Source: Candidatus Aenigmatarchaeota archaeon
GTDB lineage: Archaea > Aenigmatarchaeota > Aenigmatarchaeia > Aenigmatarchaeales > JACQIB01
Length of the DNA stretch: 18,793 bases
Reading direction: 5' to 3'
Assembly (NCBI GenBank): GCA_046760225.1
Contig: JBHIDR010000016.1
Location: 1 to 18,793, forward strand
The notes beneath the pieces were generated by a model that saw only the letters and a program-made list of their open reading frames with translations, ran no database searches and was not told the origin of the DNA. How positions within the stretch are numbered: position 1 is the stretch's first letter; every line of letters starts with the position of its first letter. Shown piece after piece: positions 14,752-18,793 of this stretch. The translations under genes and the position numbers were made by a program.

Positions 14752-15637
14752 TCCTCATTCCGTCTTCTGCAATTACAGCATTCTTGAACATGCTTCTGGC
14801 TGTTGTTCTGAGCTCTGAGCTGCTCCTGTAGCGACGGCTGAAGTGCGTGAAGACCAGCTTCTTTATCTCGTATTTCTTTGCCATTCTCGCAGCATCCTTT
14901 ATTGAGGCATGGGCCCTTTTCGGGAAAGGCTCGATAAAGGTGCCATCATGTATCAGTATGTCTGCTCCTGCAACTGCCTTGAAGAAAGGCTCATGCACAA
15001 GCGTGTCGCCTGAGTATGCTATCTTCCTTCCTGGTCTCTCCTCTGCTACATCAGAAAAAAGCACATTCTTCCCCCCTACTGCTACTTTTCCCTTCTCCCT
15101 GAGCTTTTTCATTATAGGTCCGGATTCCAGCCCAAGTTTCCTTGCCTTGTTCATGTTCATCTTCATATGAGGCTTCTCCTGGAACAAATAGCCAACAGAA
15201 GGAACACTGTGCTTAGTTGGGACAGAATATATCCCATAATCAGCTGCATCAACTATTTTCTGCATTTTTTTGAAATCAACATCAACTGCCTTTACCTCAA
15301 AGCCAAAACCATAATAGCTTAGTTCTGACATTGCATCAATAAACCTTGAGGCCTCTGGACCATATATCTCAAGAGGCCTTCCCCTGCCTTCCAGGTCAAG
15401 GGTCTCCAACAAAGGTATTATTCCTGCAAAATGGTCAGCATGCCAGTGGCTAATGAAGATCTTGCCTATCTTCATCGGGCTTACCTTTGCCTTCTGAAGA
15501 CCGAGCTGGGCATTCTCCCCGCAGTCAAAAAGAAAGTAATCTGCACCTCTATGGAAGAGAACAGCTGGATGACCCCGCCTGAGAGTGGGCACGCCACTTC
15601 CTGTGCCCATGATGACTATCTCTATTGGCTCTGGCAT
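14741..15637 (-). CDS. rnz: Ribonuclease Z
   Basis: GTGSGVP, FDCGE, SHWHADH, exosite with GP, YSGDT, HDGTF, THFSRRY. Confidence 0.95.
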   Translation of the reverse strand: MPEPIEIVIMGTGSGVPTLRRGHPAVLFHRGADYFLFDCGENAQLGLQKAKVSPMKIGKIFISHWHADHFAGIIPLLETLDLEGRGRPLEIYGPEASRFIDAMSELSYYGFGFEVKAVDVDFKKMQKIVDAADYGIYSVPTKHSVPSVGYLFQEKPHMKMNMNKARKLGLESGPIMKKLREKGKVAVGGKNVLFSDVAEERPGRKIAYSGDTLVHEPFFKAVAGADILIHDGTFIEPFPKRAHASIKDAARMAKKYEIKKLVFTHFSRRYRSSSELRTTARSMFKNAVIAEDGMRIRL

Positions 15638-15671
15638 AAATAGAATAATTCAAGGTCAAATAAAAATGTTC

Positions 15672-15986
15672 TCACTCTTGGAAAATTTCTAATTTCTTTA
15701 TTATTAAAACTGAAAACAATAACAAAAGCGCCAATATTGACATGCTCAAGGGAATATGGGTGAGCTCATCTTCTGCATTTGAAGTATTGTTTATTGGGAC
15801 TTCCTCCGATGCTCCAGTGAACATAGAAGTAATCGAACTGGTCTCTGAAGCAGGATTTGATATTCCAAAAACCATGAAAAGGGACATTAGAGCACCGCCT
15901 AAGAGGGCAATGCCCAGTATTGTGAACAGTCTGCATATATTGTGCAACATAATGAAATTTAGGTGAAATTTAGGTAAAAGTTGCAA
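15672..15986 (-). CDS. Hypothetical 2-TM membrane protein
   Basis: Two hydrophobic segments with a Ser/Glu-rich loop; start uncertain (ATG at 15950 is plausible). Confidence 0.5.
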   Translation of the reverse strand: MQLLPKFHLNFIMLHNICRLFTILGIALLGGALMSLFMVFGISNPASETSSITSMFTGASEEVPINNTSNAEDELTHIPLSMSILALLLLFSVLIIKKLEIFQE

Positions 15987-16021
15987 AGGACAAAATTTAG
16001 AAATTTATTTCCGACCTTGTG

Positions 16022-16720
16022 TTAAATTATACTTCCATTTTGTAATTTCAGTTCCTTCCATTCAGAGAAGGATTTTGACCCTGACATCCTGGGCACCCTT
16101 AACATGATTTTATCGCCATCCTTTTGTAATTCAATTGTACCGTCTGTGAGATGCTTTATTGTGCTAATTATTTTCTCATCATGCATGCCTGAGTCCATAA
16201 GGAAGAGGGTCAAAGCATTCAAAGCCTTTAGTCTTGATCCCATTATTTGCAGGAACCTGTAGATTATTTCGGGATTATTGTAAAGTAGCAGCGATGAAAG
16301 GGAGAAAAATATTATCCTTAATTTCGAACCAGGATTGGAAATCTCTGCCAGGGCCTGTGAAATAGCAAGAGAAAGCTCATTCAGGGCTGAAGGACCAGGG
16401 ACAGCTATGTCATTGTGCCTTGAACCTGCCTTCTTTGCCGGAAGCGTCCAAGAATAAACATCAATGAATTTCAGTTTGTTATTCTGGCTCAGGGGGAAGA
16501 TATCCATACCAAATTCCATGCCCTTTTTTTCTATCTCGTCGGGCGCAAGATCTGTGGTTATGAGCAGGGCCCTTTGATTTTCTTTTACCCCGTTCAAGAG
16601 CATTTTGATACAAAACCAGAGTTTTTCCATGCCTGGCGGTCCAACTATTAGGATGTTCGAGCTTTCTGGAAGTCCTCCACCTAACATTTTGTCCAGTTTG
16701 GTTATTCCTGTCTTGATCAT
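16022..16720 (-). CDS. KaiC/RAD55-like RecA-superfamily ATPase with degenerate Walker motifs
   Basis: TGITKLDKMLGGGLP, GPPGMEK (GKT degenerate), FIDVYS, FFSLSSL (Walker B acidic residue lost), LTDGTIEL. Confidence 0.85.
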   Translation of the reverse strand: MIKTGITKLDKMLGGGLPESSNILIVGPPGMEKLWFCIKMLLNGVKENQRALLITTDLAPDEIEKKGMEFGMDIFPLSQNNKLKFIDVYSWTLPAKKAGSRHNDIAVPGPSALNELSLAISQALAEISNPGSKLRIIFFSLSSLLLYNNPEIIYRFLQIMGSRLKALNALTLFLMDSGMHDEKIISTIKHLTDGTIELQKDGDKIMLRVPRMSGSKSFSEWKELKLQNGSII

Positions 16721-16724
16721 GATT

Positions 16725-17006
16725 TCACCTTGTTTCTTTTAATATTTTGGGCAACCTCAACCTCTTGTTCTTTTTAAGTATCGGCTCTGCCCCATGTTTT
16801 GCTAAAGTTACGGCAGAAGGGCCGATTACTTTTACGTATTTCTCTATCAGCATGTTTATTGCCTTAACAGGGTCCCCTTCTATTGTAACTTTATAAGGGC
16901 TTGCAGTGAGCCCGGGAACCTCATTTGCAATCATCAGCGCCACCGGACCAACAGTGTCAGTAACTGATTTTATAATGGCATTGGCAAGTTCCTCGTATTC
17001 TTTCAC
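16725..17006 (-). CDS. Small helical hypothetical protein
   Basis: 93 aa with an internal repeat (VGPVALMIA / IGPSAVTLA); overlaps the upstream gene. Confidence 0.7.
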   Translation of the reverse strand: MKEYEELANAIIKSVTDTVGPVALMIANEVPGLTASPYKVTIEGDPVKAINMLIEKYVKVIGPSAVTLAKHGAEPILKKNKRLRLPKILKETR

Positions 17007-17746
17007 TTGCCCCTCCTCCTTTGACTCCTCATCAAAATCTCTATGCTCTTGGTCAGCCTCTTAAACGATTTTGCGAGTTCCTCGAGCTCGTCACCAGTCT
17101 TGACATTAATCTTAACCTTGAAATCTCCCATGCTGATTTTATTGCAGGCCTGTGTCAGTTTTTTAATTGGGTTTGTAATGTACCGGGCGAAATAAAGGGA
17201 CATTAAAATGGCGAGGACGGATATCAGAGCGAAGCATACAAGGCCATCAACAATCATTTTGTTCCTAGTGGCAGCAATCGACTTCAAAGAGATGCCCATG
17301 TAAAGTGTCCATGGCACCCCATTTTCTTTTATTCCAAGCGGATAAATGACAAGTTTTGATTTCTCGTTCGTTTCATAAAAGATGTTGTCCTTGATAACTA
17401 TATTGTCTGTACCAAGGGAGCCGTTGTCAATCTTCTTCCCCCATATCTCAGGGTTATCGGCAAAATGAATTTCTCCACTTGGTTTGACAACCCATAAGAA
17501 GAGCACATTCTCATCTTCGCTGATTTGCTTGATTGTCTCAAAAGGCCACTGCTTGGTCAAATAGCCGGCCTCAATGCTTCGAGCGGTTATTCCGGCAAGC
17601 ACTTTATGTTGTTCAATAAGCGAATCCTCTATGAAACGAGCCTGACCCTCTATAGCTATAACCAGAACAAAGGCCCCGGATATCAAGGACAGCGATACCA
17701 TTAGCAGAAGTACTTTGCTGAAGATGGTCTTTTTCAGTACATGCAT
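17003..17746 (-). CDS. Membrane sensor: TM, extracytoplasmic domain, TM, HAMP, no output domain
   Basis: ITNPIKKLT..ISMGDF...TGDELEELAKSF HAMP motif at the C-terminus. Start likely ATG 17746 (GGGTGAG SD). Confidence 0.85.
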   Translation of the reverse strand: MHVLKKTIFSKVLLLMVSLSLISGAFVLVIAIEGQARFIEDSLIEQHKVLAGITARSIEAGYLTKQWPFETIKQISEDENVLFLWVVKPSGEIHFADNPEIWGKKIDNGSLGTDNIVIKDNIFYETNEKSKLVIYPLGIKENGVPWTLYMGISLKSIAATRNKMIVDGLVCFALISVLAILMSLYFARYITNPIKKLTQACNKISMGDFKVKINVKTGDELEELAKSFKRLTKSIEILMRSQRRRGK

Positions 17747-17759
17747 GTACTTCTCACCC

Positions 17760-18793
17760 TCATTCAGCAAATACTATCATGGAGTTTATCAAGTTTCCAT
17801 GATGGTTTCCCTCTCCCAGCGGTCCCTGTTCGCCGAAAGTAAAGGTCCCGATAAAGGGAGCGCCCCCCAGTTCGTTCTTAACGAGCAAAGGCATTTTAGG
17901 CCTCTCGTCTTCTGGGATAGCAAGCATTGTTCCAGCACAAAACGTGTATATTCCAAACACTGCTTCTCCTTTTTCGATACCTCCGCTTATCATGGCCTTA
18001 TGGGAAGTGGTCTGGGCTCTGTTCAGGAGCAACTCCCAGGTACCATGCATGAGCAAAATTCTATCCCCCTCTTCCACATTTGTAAAGACAGTGAGAGATT
18101 TTTCCGGTAAATTTATTGAAAGGGGGTGGATAGAGAGGTAGTAAACGTCTTCACCCTTGTGTATAACCTTTGCCAGGGGATAAAAACTGGTCTTAGAGAG
18201 AACCGTGCCCCCTGTTTTTAGCTCTTCACTTACTACCCCGCCTGTCCATTCGTTGTAAACCTCAGCTGCTGGCCGGTTATTGATTTCATAGATAACCCTT
18301 CCTTCAGCTCGGGTGATAGTCCCTTCTTTTTCGCTTCTGAGGTACCCTGCCTCATATGCCCAACCAACCCTTAAATCTGTATATACAGCTGTCAGGGCAA
18401 TGCCATTGCTATAGGTCTTGTCATTGGCAAACTGTCTCCATGCTCCGCTCAGGTCATTATCACCAGCACTGCCCCCGATTATTGGAACCTCCTTTCCTAC
18501 CACGTCCTCGATGCCCAGCAGCAACTCCTCTTCATTTCCCACGCTTCCTGTCATCAGGACGAGCTTTGGTATTTCTCCTTCTTTTCCAGCGTTTTTAATA
18601 GCTGTCCGGATGGCAGCCCTTCCAGCCTCTCTGGCCGAAGGTATCTCATCTACATCAGCTCCACCCACCCCAAAAACTATTTTAGGAGAAGATACAGCCA
18701 ACATGGAAAGGGAACCGGTTTCGCCAACATGAATGCCATCTTTGGTCATCACGCTCAACATAGATGTGCCGCCATATACCTGCACACCAGGCA
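17760..18793 (-). CDS. FIST signal-transduction domain protein (5' end outside the window)
   Basis: YGGTS, PIIGGSAGD, YEINNRPA, FCAG, GTFTFGEQ, HGNL. Confidence 0.9.
   Translation of the reverse strand, partial: PGVQVYGGTSMLSVMTKDGIHVGETGSLSMLAVSSPKIVFGVGGADVDEIPSAREAGRAAIRTAIKNAGKEGEIPKLVLMTGSVGNEEELLLGIEDVVGKEVPIIGGSAGDNDLSGAWRQFANDKTYSNGIALTAVYTDLRVGWAYEAGYLRSEKEGTITRAEGRVIYEINNRPAAEVYNEWTGGVVSEELKTGGTVLSKTSFYPLAKVIHKGEDVYYLSIHPLSINLPEKSLTVFTNVEEGDRILLMHGTWELLLNRAQTTSHKAMISGGIEKGEAVFGIYTFCAGTMLAIPEDERPKMPLLVKNELGGAPFIGTFTFGEQGPLGEGNHHGNLINSMIVFAE

Overview
Archaeal chromosomal window (rpl37e, Lsm, rps8e, TATA-type promoters, BHB introns). The gene content and compact packing suggest a DPANN-like lineage, which is an inference. 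The main signal is five minus-strand tRNA genes that I could reconstruct by hand only after removing 14 bulge-helix-bulge (BHB) introns: Gly(TCC) 2 introns, Trp(CCA) 3 (one inside the acceptor stem at 4/5), Thr(TGT) 1, elongator Met(CAT) 4 and Lys(CTT) 4. Each reduces to a normal 74-77 nt cloverleaf with encoded CCA. The 37/38 introns of Trp, Met and Lys share one architecture: an antisense-to-anticodon segment followed by a K-turn (box D'/C'-like) hairpin, positioned to guide 2'-O-methylation of C34, C34 and C32 of their own tRNA. The tRNAs alternate with protein genes, and an HTH-LAGLIDADG ORF reads into tRNA-Gly and stops inside it. Other content: pncB with three NrtR-type operators, a paired-DMT plus two-GT4 operon, exonuclease III, an aldo-keto reductase, an AT-rich small-ORF/LAGLIDADG/UDG cassette, Yip1, a Cys-rich surface protein, RNase Z and a FIST-HAMP-KaiC-like signalling operon. 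All structures were derived by eye, without computation.
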